Positions 13,201 to 24,355 of a stretch of DNA of 64,000 nt are shown piece after piece (within the stretch, counting starts at the first letter, position 1; the number at the start of each line of letters is the position of its first letter). The stretch comes from Chara braunii (lineage: Eukaryota > Plantae > Charophyceae). The stretch is from contig BFEA01000041.1 in NCBI GenBank assembly GCA_003427395.1, positions 270,934-334,933 on the forward strand. The letters are read 5' to 3'. The position numbers and the translations under genes were made by a program. The notes beneath the pieces were generated by a model, which saw nothing but the letters and a program-made list of their open reading frames with translations, did no database searches and had not been told where the DNA came from.

Positions 13201-16033
13201 TCGCATTTTGACGTGACTGACGAGTAAATTTAATCATTTCATTAATCAATAATATATTATCATGTACATGACGCCCCTCTATAAACCCCGTTTATGAGGG
13301 ATGAATAATGTTGGCATAACCAAAATTATTCTATTAGTTATGGCTTTAACCAACATTTTATATGCAACAGTCAATAATGTGATTGACCTGTAATTTCTAG
13401 TATTCGCTTTATTTCCTTTTTTATAGAGAAGAGTGTGAACCCCTTGCCCTACAAATTATCCCATATACCCTGAGCTTTGAATTGCATTGTAGGATTCCAT
13501 TGAATCATATGATAATACCGGTCACATCCTGTCCCAAAATTCTTTAGGAAACCAATCAACACCCGGTGTTTTATCCTCTTTCATTTGAAGCAAAGCTGTT
13601 CAAATTTCATATTTTGAAATTGGTTGTTTCAGTAAGTTTTTTTGTTATTGTGAAATAATTTTCGTTAGTGAAACCAGAAAATCGGCTATTGCTTTGCTAT
13701 CCTCATTTGTATCACGAAAATTTTTAGTTGAAGTAAATAGACCTTTAAAAAAATTATAGGTTGATTTAAAACTATCAGCTGATGAAATTAGGTTATCTGT
13801 ATGGGAGTGAATAGTGGGTTCAATCAACCCTTCTATAGCAGCTCTCGTAGCACGAAATATGACCATAACAAAGAAATTAGTATCCATTTGTCCTTCAGTT
13901 TGAAATTTAGTAAGTTTCCCTCTAATAAGATACCTTTGTCAACGATGTTGCGCAAATAAAAAAAATTGATTCCTTAAGTTACTGATGTCGGATTGCTGTT
14001 GCTGATTGAATTCTGAATTATGAAGTTCATAATGCAAAACCTGTTCTTAAATTTATAGTTATTGTTGATATCTGTCTTTTGTTAATAATTTTGAATTGTC
14101 CTGATATTTTCTTGCCACAAAAGCTAAACCATTATTAAACCATTCAATAGAAAAAACCTGTTGAGTCTTCGTTGAGGAATTTCATACACTCTGTGCAAAT
14201 TGTCTAAATTGAGGAATAGTCAGAAAAAACGTATTTAACTTATAATTTTTTTTCCCTTGGTCAGAATTTTTATGAAAGGACAACAATATCGCATACACCT
14301 TGTGATCCTCTCCTGGCCAAGGACTCTAAGGAAAGATAGTTGCTCCTTGAAGAGTTATTTCTATGTCTTCTGAAAGTAAAATTAAATATATGCATGACTT
14401 GTACATAATTGTGGAACCACCATAGCGAATGCATGTGAATATACGTTCTTGAGGATGAAGCTGTATAAAAGAATAAAAAACACCCTATGATATCATCTTC
14501 CTCAATATACGTAGGAACTACCATTTCGTGAAAATGAAGATTTTTTATTTTTTGAACGAAATTGAAACTGAGTTTTTTTCAGTTTTTTTGACCGAAAACT
14601 GGTTTAAATTTGCTGCTTCTGAGGGTCTGACATTTTTAAAACGCTGGACCCCCTTGATGTATCAGGACTAAGCTTGAGACCAAATACATCTTGGGGGGAC
14701 CGCCTGGATGTATCTTATCTCAAGCTAGGTCGAGATACATATAGGGGGTCCAGCGTTTTAAAAACACTGGACCCTCAAGAGCAGCAAATTTAGACTAAGT
14801 TTTCGGTCAAAAAAGTTGAAAAAGCTCAGTTTCAATTTCGTTCAAAAAATAAAAAATATCCCTTTTGACGAAATGACAGTTTAGGACAGGGAGAGGGGGG
14901 TTTTCATCGATCCAACGCCCGGTCAGGGGCTGCATTGAAATCCCCAGCCATGATTAGAGGTATACCATCAAGTATGTGATTACGAATTGTCTGGAAGAAA
15001 ATGTAACTTTTTTCTATAATTATCTTGGACCATAAACATTCATCACACAAACAATCTCTATTTCTAATGTCATGAGAGCCACAATCCATCTCCCTTGTTC
15101 CTTATCTGTTTCCCAATACACAATTTCAACCCTAAATTGAGAAGATACCCAAATGACAACACCTCCCGAGTCACTTCTCTGCATGAGAACATAATTTTGA
15201 AAAGGCCAAATGAGATTGTGAGCTATGGTGTGTGTCGGACATCCATGACATAAGTTTTTTGAATGCAGATCAAATCTGCCCATGATTTACCTCCTACCCC
15301 TTTGAGTTGTTCCATTATGGAATGACGTTTCGATGCATCTGTTACCGCCAACCCATTCACATTAAGAGAACGAAGATCAAAATCTGTTGTACATGTCGCA
15401 TGACGTCCAGAATGATTCTTATCATATAATCCTTTTAATGCATTAATTTTAATCCTTTCTTTAGCAGAGAGATAACTGAAGGGTTTATATGCGAATCCAA
15501 CTAGTATTTTCAAGTTCTGTTGTAGCATGTAACAACCCTTTGCGTAAAATAATGACAAAAAAGAAGCCACATCCGAGATTGACCAAACTGCGTTGGCCTT
15601 GATCTTCAACATGTGAAGATCCAACAAGGACGTGTGTGAATGTCATTTAAGTCTAGCTTCCTTGTTGTCATCAAACCGAACAAACGTGTCCCTCTTAGCC
15701 AAAAACGTTTTTCCCCCCATATAAGTGAAGGTGGCCTGAGGACCCGGATCATAATTTTTGCCCAGGAAATTATGCATATCCTTTTAAAAGTCTTATCCCT
15801 CCCCTTCTGATATTCCACATATGTGGTTCATCCATGAAGTGACGAAGTGCCACTCCACCATACTGATCATGACCTATAGGAGAGAGCCCAATTTTTCACC
15901 TCCCTCCCTTTTTCGGGACCGGTATATCAAATTCCCTTTTGGTGTAAGCATGCAGTTTGACTGACCTTTCTCCAATGTATGTCTGAGTTTTTGTCGTTTA
16001 CCTGATTCTTGATCCCCTCCCTTCTTCTTCTTC

Positions 16034-16082
<49 letters not shown>

Positions 16083-17340
16083 CCTTTATGTCATGTCTTA
16101 AGGAAGAAACATTTTCAACTTATGTTAATATCGAGTTCAACTGATGTATTTTCTCATCTACCCTTGATTGTTCCTCATCGTTTTTTTTTCCCTTATCCTT
16201 CTTTCTCACTCATGCACCCACTAGATAGTCGTAATGTATCATTTATACTTATCATAGCAATATTACTGGGTGATTGAGACTGGTCCACCACTTTCCTTAT
16301 ATCCTCCTTATTATTGGGAAACATGGATTGATCTGTGATGTTCCCCATTCCCCTCACTCCTACCTGGGGATCAAGTTGTGTGGCATGACTTATAACCTGT
16401 ACATTTTTTGCATTGCAAGGATGAACCATATTTGAGGGAGGATGAGTAAATAATTTTAGTACAATTGTAAACAAGCGTTGATTCACAAATGTCCACTGAA
16501 TTGCTTCCGAAAGTCCTTGTTGAATTACCTTCCTAAGACTAGGACTACTATTCAAAGTATCCAGAAGTTGGATGTATGAAAGGTCTCAAAATTCAGTGGA
16601 TGCCACACCAAATTTGTCTTTAAACTTCTTCAGCGTCCAGTCTACCAACTGACTAGTTTTCTGCTCATTAATCAATTGAATTTGTTACTTTCATATCTGA
16701 TGTTCCCTCCTTGGAAGAGGGAGAAGGATTTATTACAGGTTCCATAATTACTTCTGGGACCTTGAATGTAGAATCAATTTCCATAAGGACTGCTCCAAAC
16801 GCTTCTGAAACAGGTCCTGAAAAAACATTTGTGATGACTTCCTATGATCCTTGTCCCCAATTGACGATTACTCAATACTTATCCTGTAATTAATAACAAT
16901 TTATCTGAGTTGCCTGACACCTGACCTATATGATCTTCTTATATCCCTTCCATGTGTTGTTGTGTATCTCGGGGAAAGGCTAACTTCGTGGCCACAATGA
17001 TCATCGACAGATCATCAATATTTACTTTTTTTTTTCCTTTTTTTTTTTTATGTGTTTTTCTTTTTGCTTTGAGCTTCATATTTTTTTTAACTTCAGTCTG
17101 CGCAGACAACTCACTCCTCTCCACAGAAACCGTCACAGGATAGTCTTTCAATCTCGGATGACAAGATATTGACTTTTTAAGAAGGTGAGTTTACTCGGAC
17201 TTCGTCATTATTCACTTCAGCATTGTCTCTAGGAATGGACTCTTCCAACATCTCTGTCACCAGCAATCCTCCTTTTACACAGGTTGATAGGAAGGAGGGC
17301 GGAGAAAGCACAACAGACAATCAGTCCCAACCAATGGACC
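10170..17340 (-). mobile_element. Decayed L1/Tx1-clade LINE (APE endonuclease, RT, C-terminal Zn motif, structured 3' tail, poly(A))
   Basis: Minus-strand APE motifs DLRSLNVNGL (~15350-15385), ICIQKT, MNVYGP, AGDFN (~14935). RT motifs around 13600-12850 include FIDFEK and MFADD. C-terminal WCRSC...ETIEHI (~11140-11200). Tail motif 10327-10380; poly(T) on + at 10170-10257. Many stops and frameshifts; 5' limit approximate. Confidence 0.9.
14516..14881. mobile_element. Foldback MITE (~366 bp, almost fully palindromic) inserted in the LINE endonuclease region
   Basis: AACTACCATTTCGT...ACGAAATGACAGTT with arms pairing along nearly the whole length; TAGG on both sides (14512-14515, 14882-14885). 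Confidence 0.85.
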
Positions 17341-17399
17341 TCTGTCTAGTCATTCAAAAAACATCGCAAGAGAGATCACAAAGTCATCCATAGAGCAAG

Positions 17400-19200
17400 G
17401 GGGATGGAGAGGAGGTGGAAATGGAAAGAGGGCAAGCGGCGATGGCAAGTAATGGAGAGCAAGGGGAGGAGAGGGAGGAATACAATAAGGAGAAAGGGGG
17501 AAGAGGGGATGAAATAATAATTGGAGAGAGAGGGAGTAATGGGGGTGGAGGAGGAAATGGGAGAGGAATCAGCCAGCGTGATGGTGGAAGGGAGGAAGAA
17601 TGGGAGATTATAACAAAATGGCAGATGGGGGATGCCAATGGGGGCAGGGACGTCTGATTGAAGCCCCGGCAAGTGGAAGCACGGAAAGGAAAGATGCTTC
17701 TTCATTATCCCAGCAGGTTCCTCCCACGAATCCTCCACCTACTCGGTCGTGGGCACAAAAAGCCAGAGGGTTGTTCCAGGAAAAATCACTGGAAATCAAG
17801 AGGCACGGTTCGCAGGCCCAATCACTGCAAATCTCATTAAGAAATATTCCTACGGCAAGTGCGTTTTTTTCTGTCTAAGTTTCTCAATCCATCAGAGAGT
17901 AAGGTCATTGACTTTGGAGGAAAGAAATCGATGGTCGAAACCTACCATATGCATAAGTTAGCAGAACGGAATGCAGTGTATCAAGGCTACGCTAATAAGT
18001 GGGTATTCTACGATGACGTTGTTTACAAATCAACAAACGATAAAGTGAAATGGATTAATAAGAGGTTTGCTTATTCCAAAGGAAGCACGAAAGCGGCGTT
18101 TGAGGATTTCCTTATCCAACCAGTAAATTCAACGATTTTCACTATGTATTATGTTTGCATCTGGCAGACAAACAAATAATTGAACAATGAAAGAAATTAC
18201 GTTGTGACAGGTTAGAAGTTTGAATTTACCCATGGTCACCAATAAAGCAAGGTTCAGATAAGCGGAGAGCATAACTGATGGAAGAAAACTATTGGGTGGA
18301 TTTTAGACACGTTCCCATACAGATTCAAGCAACGTTCATCTGTAACTTTGGAGTGACACACGGGATTGTGAACTTTATCGACCCTCTCCCAGCGTACGTG
18401 GCTCGAAGGGATGACTATCTAATGTTGGTTTTGAATCACCCATTCTATCAACCGTTTATTATGGATGACGCCATTCGATACAGGGTGGGGGGTAAAGAGT
18501 TTCACATCCACACAACACATAAATTACAACCGTGGTGCTTTAAGAGTAAGGCATATGGTCATTTGTGCACAGATTCAAGTTGCTCTCATAACCCCGTCCG
18601 GAAAAACAAAGTTACGACCCTTACGGGGTGACTAATTAGAAATCCTTTCCGTAATAATCTGTGGAAAACTGTGGATCCAGGTCCCGAGGGCTAGGTCTAC
18701 ATTGAAGGTAGTGCAAAAGGTGGGGAAACCAAAGGATGGACTTGGGAAAGTTAGGGGGTTCATAATTGGGACACCAATCCACTTGATTCATGGACACCAG
18801 CAGAGGTTACTATCAAACCTCTTTCTACGGTAACTAATGGTAAAGAAATCAAGGGTGTTCAGACAGTACAGCCAGAAGAGGTACATGTTAACCCAGTATT
18901 GCAGGGACAGACCAAGGATGTATCTCACAAACAAATTTTAAGAGGACAGGTGCAATGGAGGCCAAAAGACAGATCACTTCCTTGGTCACAACCGCAGCAG
19001 TATGTAACACGGATGGGACAGACTGTGGCATCTACGTCTTCTGGAATTGATTCCTCGAAACAGATTGAGAGTGTTGCAAAGTTGGAAAAAGTAGCATAAA
19101 CCGAAGGAACAGAAAAAACAGTTTCTCGTCCTGGGATGCTTTCCATCACTGATATTTCAAATAATCAGAAAGTTTATACGAATCAAGTTCCTTCGGTCAA
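17400..19200 (+). pseudogene. Decayed LINE ORF1-like (gag-like) sequence with zinc knuckle
   Basis: RG-rich start, SWAQKA motif, YWVDFRHVP...YRVGGKEF...WCFKSKAYGHLCTDSSC, homologous to 38100-38395. Limits approximate. Confidence 0.65.
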
Positions 19201-19422
19201 AATGAAGATCGCTTTAACAGGCGTATGGGGTTGTTGCATCGCAATGTGCCGCATAGCTCCTCGAAACATCAATGCAGTGTCAGCCTGTCTGTGACTTCTT
19301 TGCTGATGAATAATCCGCGTCATGTTAAATGAATGTACACTTCTATTAGGAATCAATTACGATTAGTCTTATGACTAAAATAATTGACCAATTGGTCCAT
19401 TATGACAAAGTCCACGCTGAAA

Positions 19423-19426
<4 letters not shown>

Positions 19427-19493
<67 letters not shown>
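19427..19493. repeat. (TA)n microsatellite
   Basis: Direct. Confidence 0.95.
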
Positions 19494-19495
<2 letters not shown>

Positions 19496-20517
19496 TCACA
19501 AACAGAACTGCCCGGTAAAACNTATATATCGTCACAAACAGAACTGCCCGGTAAAACCGTAGGCAGAGAGAGAGAAGAGGACAACAAACGAGGGCTATAA
19601 TCGACGTTGGCTCTTCGTTCTTCCTTGATTATCTGGACTTATTAAATTGGATTATTCTAAAATTGGTTGGACTGGCTAGTGAGAACAATCATCACATGTC
19701 AAGGGTAAAGGGGACGAGAGGGAGGTATAGGGATGAATAATGAGAGTTTTCCATAACATCACCCGTTTCTGCACTTTGAAGTCAATGCAGATTCGCTCCT
19801 CCGTCTTCTGGCGACACTCTCGTTGTGATGTCTGCCTTTTCAACTACTTTTGTCTCCCTTAACCTAGTTCCCCCGCCTCCCCACTAGTCACAAGAGAGGG
19901 ATTGTATCACTCCCTACTTACTACCCCTTGTTTCCTATCCCCTTCATCCTTTTCCTCCTACCCACTTTAAGCCCCACTCTCTCTTGTACGAAGGAGATCC
20001 CTCAGTCAGTTGACTATGTTGACATTGTTCCCTGAAGAAGATTTTTCCCTTGAGAATATAACCACAACGTAGTTCCCAGACTTTACGTTACGTGTCTGTC
20101 AGTTGTCATGAACTGACTTATCTCCCCGCCAAACCCGATATTCTGATTATTCTCAGGTGACTACTATATTAATCGCCCGTTTCTGAACATCTGGACTTTT
20201 GACGACATGTGACAGCCCAATCCTCTGGCTGACAAAAAAATTACATGTGTCATCGCACGTGTGTCCTGTGCGATAGCCAGCCCAGATTCTCCTCTCACCA
20301 AAGACAGAGTAGTTGGTCCTGCCCTATAAGCCCGCTCTGTGCTGTAGCCTTCATCCCCTTTTTCTGATCGTCGAACTCAACAACACATGGCAGCACGCTC
20401 CTCTGGATGACAAGGAATAAACACGTGGCTTCACACGTGTCTCCTCTGTCAGAGCCGGTCCAAACCCTCCACTCCAGAAGCATAGTATTGGTCATGCCCT
20501 GAGTGCTGTCAGCCTGC

Positions 20518-20971
20518 TGAAAGTCCGACGAAACAATCTGGCACAGTCATGCTTTTTTTGAGTGTATTGCGAATATGACAGCGCACAACACGACCTTGCT
20601 AAGCTCTCCGTTCAGGCGGATCAATGCAGCTAGGGTCGGGACCGTACTAACGGTCATGCCATTGGGTGTCCATGGCTGAGTGGGAGTGTAGAGTGGGTTT
20701 TATGACTGCGTCAGATTAGTTTCTCAGACTTACTGCCATTCTTGTCAGGGGTTTGGAACAGCAATCTGCTAAGGTTGCAAGGTTGGTGTGAGTAAAGTCA
20801 ACCACTTTTCTCAGGGGTATCGCTAACTCTGGGCGATGTCGTAAGACCTTATCCATCAGTCAAATGCATCCTGGGCAGACTGTCGGGGTTCAACCTCCTG
20901 ATGAGTCTGTGAAAGTCCAACGAAACAGTCTGGCACAGTCATGCTCTTTTTGAGTGTATAGCGAATATGAC

Positions 20972-20975
<4 letters not shown>
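20518..20975 (+). mobile_element. Retrozyme-like non-coding element, ~1.2-mer of a 392-nt unit
   Basis: 20518-20583 is repeated at 20910-20975 (period 392). Contains a hammerhead and numerous hairpins; 3' end fuses to (CA)n; second copy at 7177-7415. Confidence 0.75.
20876..20932 (+). ncRNA. Type III hammerhead ribozyme
   Basis: CAGACU-GUC (predicted cleavage after 20884); stem I GGGG-UUCAA-CCUC; core CUGAUGA; stem II GUC-UGUGAAAGUCC-AAC (GAC in the upstream repeat copy); GAAA; stem III CAGUCUG. Confidence 0.85.
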
Positions 20976-21011
<36 letters not shown>

Positions 21012-21377
21012 CACGCACACACCCGCNNNNNNNNNNNNNNNNNNNNNNNNNNNNNNNNNNNNNNNNNNNNNNNNNNNNNNNNNNNNNNNNNNNNNNNNNN
21101 NNNNNNNNNNNNNNNNNNNNNNNNNNNNNNNNNNNNNNNNNNNNNNNNNNNNNNNNNNNNNNNNNNNNNNNNNNNNNNNNNNNNNNNNNNNNNNNNNNNN
21201 NNNNNNNNNNNNNNNNNNNNNNNNNNNNNNNNNNNNNNNNNNNNNNNNNNNNNNNNNNNNNNNNNNNNNNNNNNNNNNNNNNNNNNNNNNNNNNNNNNNN
21301 NNNNNNNNNNNNNNNNNNNNNNNNNNNNNNNNNNNNNNNNNNNNNNNNNNNNNNNNNNNNNNNNNNNNNNNNNNNNN

Positions 21378-21461
<84 letters not shown>
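20973..21461. repeat. (CA)n microsatellite spanning an N gap
   Basis: Direct. Confidence 0.9.
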
Positions 21462-21463
<2 letters not shown>

Positions 21464-21836
21464 ACCACACTTAACAGGCAGACTACATCTGTACTTACTC
21501 AGCACAATTAGGCTACAGTATCTCTAAAGGATCTAAAGGTTCCAACTTCCCACTCTGAATATCTGTTCAACAACATCCATCTGTTCATCTACATTTATCA
21601 TGCAAACTCACAGGGGCGCTGGACCCGCTGTCCATCAAGTAACAGGGGGGGTTGCTGATGCCTGGAATTGTGCTTGGACTAAATTAAATAAGCTCCAGGG
21701 GGAGATGGGATAGGAAGACATAGTCGGGAATTTTCCAGGTGGGGACTGGGTCAGTAGGAAGTAGGAGCTCTACAAGTAGGAAGGGTGAATTATGGAGCCC
21801 CAAGGGAAAGGCAGTGCTCCATACTAAGAATTGAAA

Positions 21837-22020
21837 TGGTTACGATACTTGGCTCTTGAGGCCGAGGTCGCCGGTTCGAGGCCGTGCTTGCACGAAATGC
21901 ACAGAGGAGGGCTGAGGCCCAGAAGTACTGATCCAATGACATTGGAAAGCTCCCGTTAACTGGCGGCAGTTGAAGTCCCGCATAAGTTAGCGGGCTATAC
22001 TACCGATGGGGGTCATGTGC
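21837..22020 (+). mobile_element. tRNA-derived SINE-like repeat, copy 1 (box A truncated)
   Basis: Box B GGTTCGAGGCC at 21873-21883; body matches 22169-22265; 3' limit uncertain. Confidence 0.5.
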
Positions 22021-22153
22021 TACTTTGAGCGAATTGTGCGGTGATTGCCAGTGTCCGTGTGGTGTTCTGTGTGGTGTGCGTTGAGTTTGGACACAACAGC
22101 CTTGCAGGGGTGGGGCGGATATCACGGTCAGTATGGCTCCACTTTTGAACACC

Positions 22154-22350
22154 GTGTCCTGGCTGTAGTGGTTATGATACTTGGCTCATGACGCCGAGGT
22201 CGCCGGTTCGAGGCTGTGCTTGCACAGAGGAGGGCTGAGGCCCAGAGGCACTGATCCAATGACATAGCCCCAAGAAACACCATTCTANGAGGAGGGCTGA
22301 GGCCCAGAGGCACTGATCCAATGACATAGCCCCAAGAAACACCATTCTAA
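22154..22350 (+). mobile_element. tRNA-derived SINE-like repeat, copy 2
   Basis: Box A-like TGGCTGTAGTGG, anticodon-like loop CTCATGA, T-arm GCCGGTTCGAGGCTG, weak GTG/CAC acceptor pairing. Cloverleaf is imperfect, so not a functional tRNA. Confidence 0.55.
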
Positions 22351-22364
22351 GATGATGTATCAAA

Positions 22365-22506
22365 GGGACGCTGGACCCGGTTTCAGCAGGTGTTGCTCCC
22401 CACCAATAGATGGAGCAGCCCGACAGGCAAAGCCTCTGGTTCCCCTAACATCACCAGGATGGAGGCATTGCAGAAGGGCTTTTCATTCAAAAAAAAAAAA
22501 AAAAAA
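22365..22506 (+). mobile_element. LINE-type structured 3' tail with poly(A)
   Basis: GGGACGCTGGACCCGGTTTCAGCAGGTGTTGCTCCCCACCAATAGATGGAGC, then sequence resembling 53053-53128, then an A-run. Confidence 0.8.
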
Positions 22507-22982
22507 TCATCTGGATGATCAAATGGCCAACTGCTGAAGGGACTGTCATATGCCTCGCCCTTCGTCAAAAGAACAGCTGGATGATCGAATGGCCAACTGG
22601 TGGCTACCCTCTACAATAACCTGGACTTCATTAAAAAAAAAAAAAAAAGAATTACCTGGGGCTGGTAAATTCAACGATGAGATCTCAAGGCCCTCGCCCT
22701 TCGTCAAAAGAACAAGAAAACGAAAATTATGTTGTTTTGCGTGCCGATAGCAAACTCAGGGCATACTTACAATAGGACTTTTTCAGCAACGCTCTGGAGT
22801 CTGGACTTGATTGCAGTCAGATTTCATCCCGGTTTAGTCGCAATTGCACTCTGATACAGTTAGTCAAGTGCCAGTGTGAGTGTTCCCTCACACTAAATGG
22901 ACTGTTTATCCCCTCTGGACAAGAGGACAATCAATAGAGTCCCGGAAAAGGCAAAATGCCGCCATCTCTTTCTTGGTGTAAA

Positions 22983-23038
22983 GGGGGCGCTGGGCCCGGT
23001 TCCCAGCATGTGCTGCTTCCCACGAATAAGATAGCAGC
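22983..23038 (+). other. Variant structured tail motif
   Basis: GCTGGG/CCCAGC hairpin and TGTG/CACG pseudoknot stem. Confidence 0.7.
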
Positions 23039-24355
23039 CACCAAATCAGGGTCACCTTCACCAGACATGGGCTCATATCCCTGTCTGAGGAAGGCATGCA
23101 CTCTCTGATGTTTTTGTTTCTTTTTTGAAAAAAAGGAAGACGGGCACACTCACCAGCAATTTCATGCATGTACCTGACTGAAAATATGAGCCAATTTAGT
23201 CCAAGGAATACTCTTTAGTGTGAGTATGCTCTACACAAAATGATTATGACAGATCATCCACAACTCATTGACAGCTCAGAAACACAGTCATTCAAACTTG
23301 TCGTCAACTCATGCTCCTTACAATGGCTTACATCATCCACAGCTCACAGACAGCTCATAGCTCCACACTGAAAGAACTGGCCAAAGGATGTGTTGCACGT
23401 GTCAAATGCAGACACAAATTGTGGATTGAGAATAACATTGTGGGGCACAAGAGAGAGCCCAATGCAGCTTTGCTCGGTGGTTCTTTGACTACTCAGTTGG
23501 AAGGACAACTTAATCCCAAAATGGAAAGTTTTACAGGATTCGCATTGCTTCCCCACCAATAGAATGGAGCCTTGCAACCAAAAAAAAAAAAAAAAAGAAT
23601 CACCTACCACCCACATGCAGGCTTACAGGTGTTTGATCTTCATCTGTCTAGGCTTTGACCATTACGCTCAACAGCTGCGCTTTGTGCTAGCTTGAGCCTG
23701 CCTTCCCGCGCCTCCATTACTCTTTTGTCTGTTGCTCATGCAATCAAAAGCCTCAGTTGCATAAGAATGGAAAAAAAAGAAAGAAAGAAAGAAAGAAAGA
23801 AAGGTGCTGGGCTCGAGGCGCCCTCAGGTTACTCTCACCTACCATGATGATGATATCTTACACCTCCAAGCAGGTTATACACTTGGCTACACAAAAAAAG
23901 TGAAAAAAGAAAAGGGAAAAAGAGAAAGGTGATACCGAAGGCACCAAAGTTTAAGGTTGTGCTGAACCAGGGTAGCCTAAGGGGCATACCCGAGTTCGGC
24001 TATGTCTCTTTCTTTCTTTTCTTTTTCTTTTTTGGGGGGGCAATTTTTGTGCAGTCATGAAAACAGTTCAAAAATGAATTCCAGGCATCCCTGGAACATA
24101 ACGCACCCCCACCCGAGTCTAAAGGTAGCTTGTATACGTTCAACATTTTCAGCGTTTTGCCTAGACTGCCTTTTGGAACTGAAACTGTGATTATGCATGG
24201 CTTATACTCTAGGGTAGGGCAGGGATATGAGTCGCTCCGGCTAGTCTGAGTTCCGCCTAGCCTTGGGTAAGTTAGGGGAAGAACGGTAGGATGTGTCCAT
24301 GGGCACCTGCTTGCCTTGCCTAGGTACTCCTGCTGGGTAGACTCTCTGATATTAG

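Noticed and set aside
19493-19560. Short direct duplication across a single N (also 22228-22350)
   Set aside because: Typical contig-overlap artefact
20805-20862. Possible antisense hammerhead (CUGAUGG...GAAA) in the 392-nt unit
   Set aside because: Core deviates in both copies and I could not build stems I and III
22154-22226. tRNA-Met gene
   Set aside because: Acceptor, D and anticodon stems pair poorly; better explained as a SINE head
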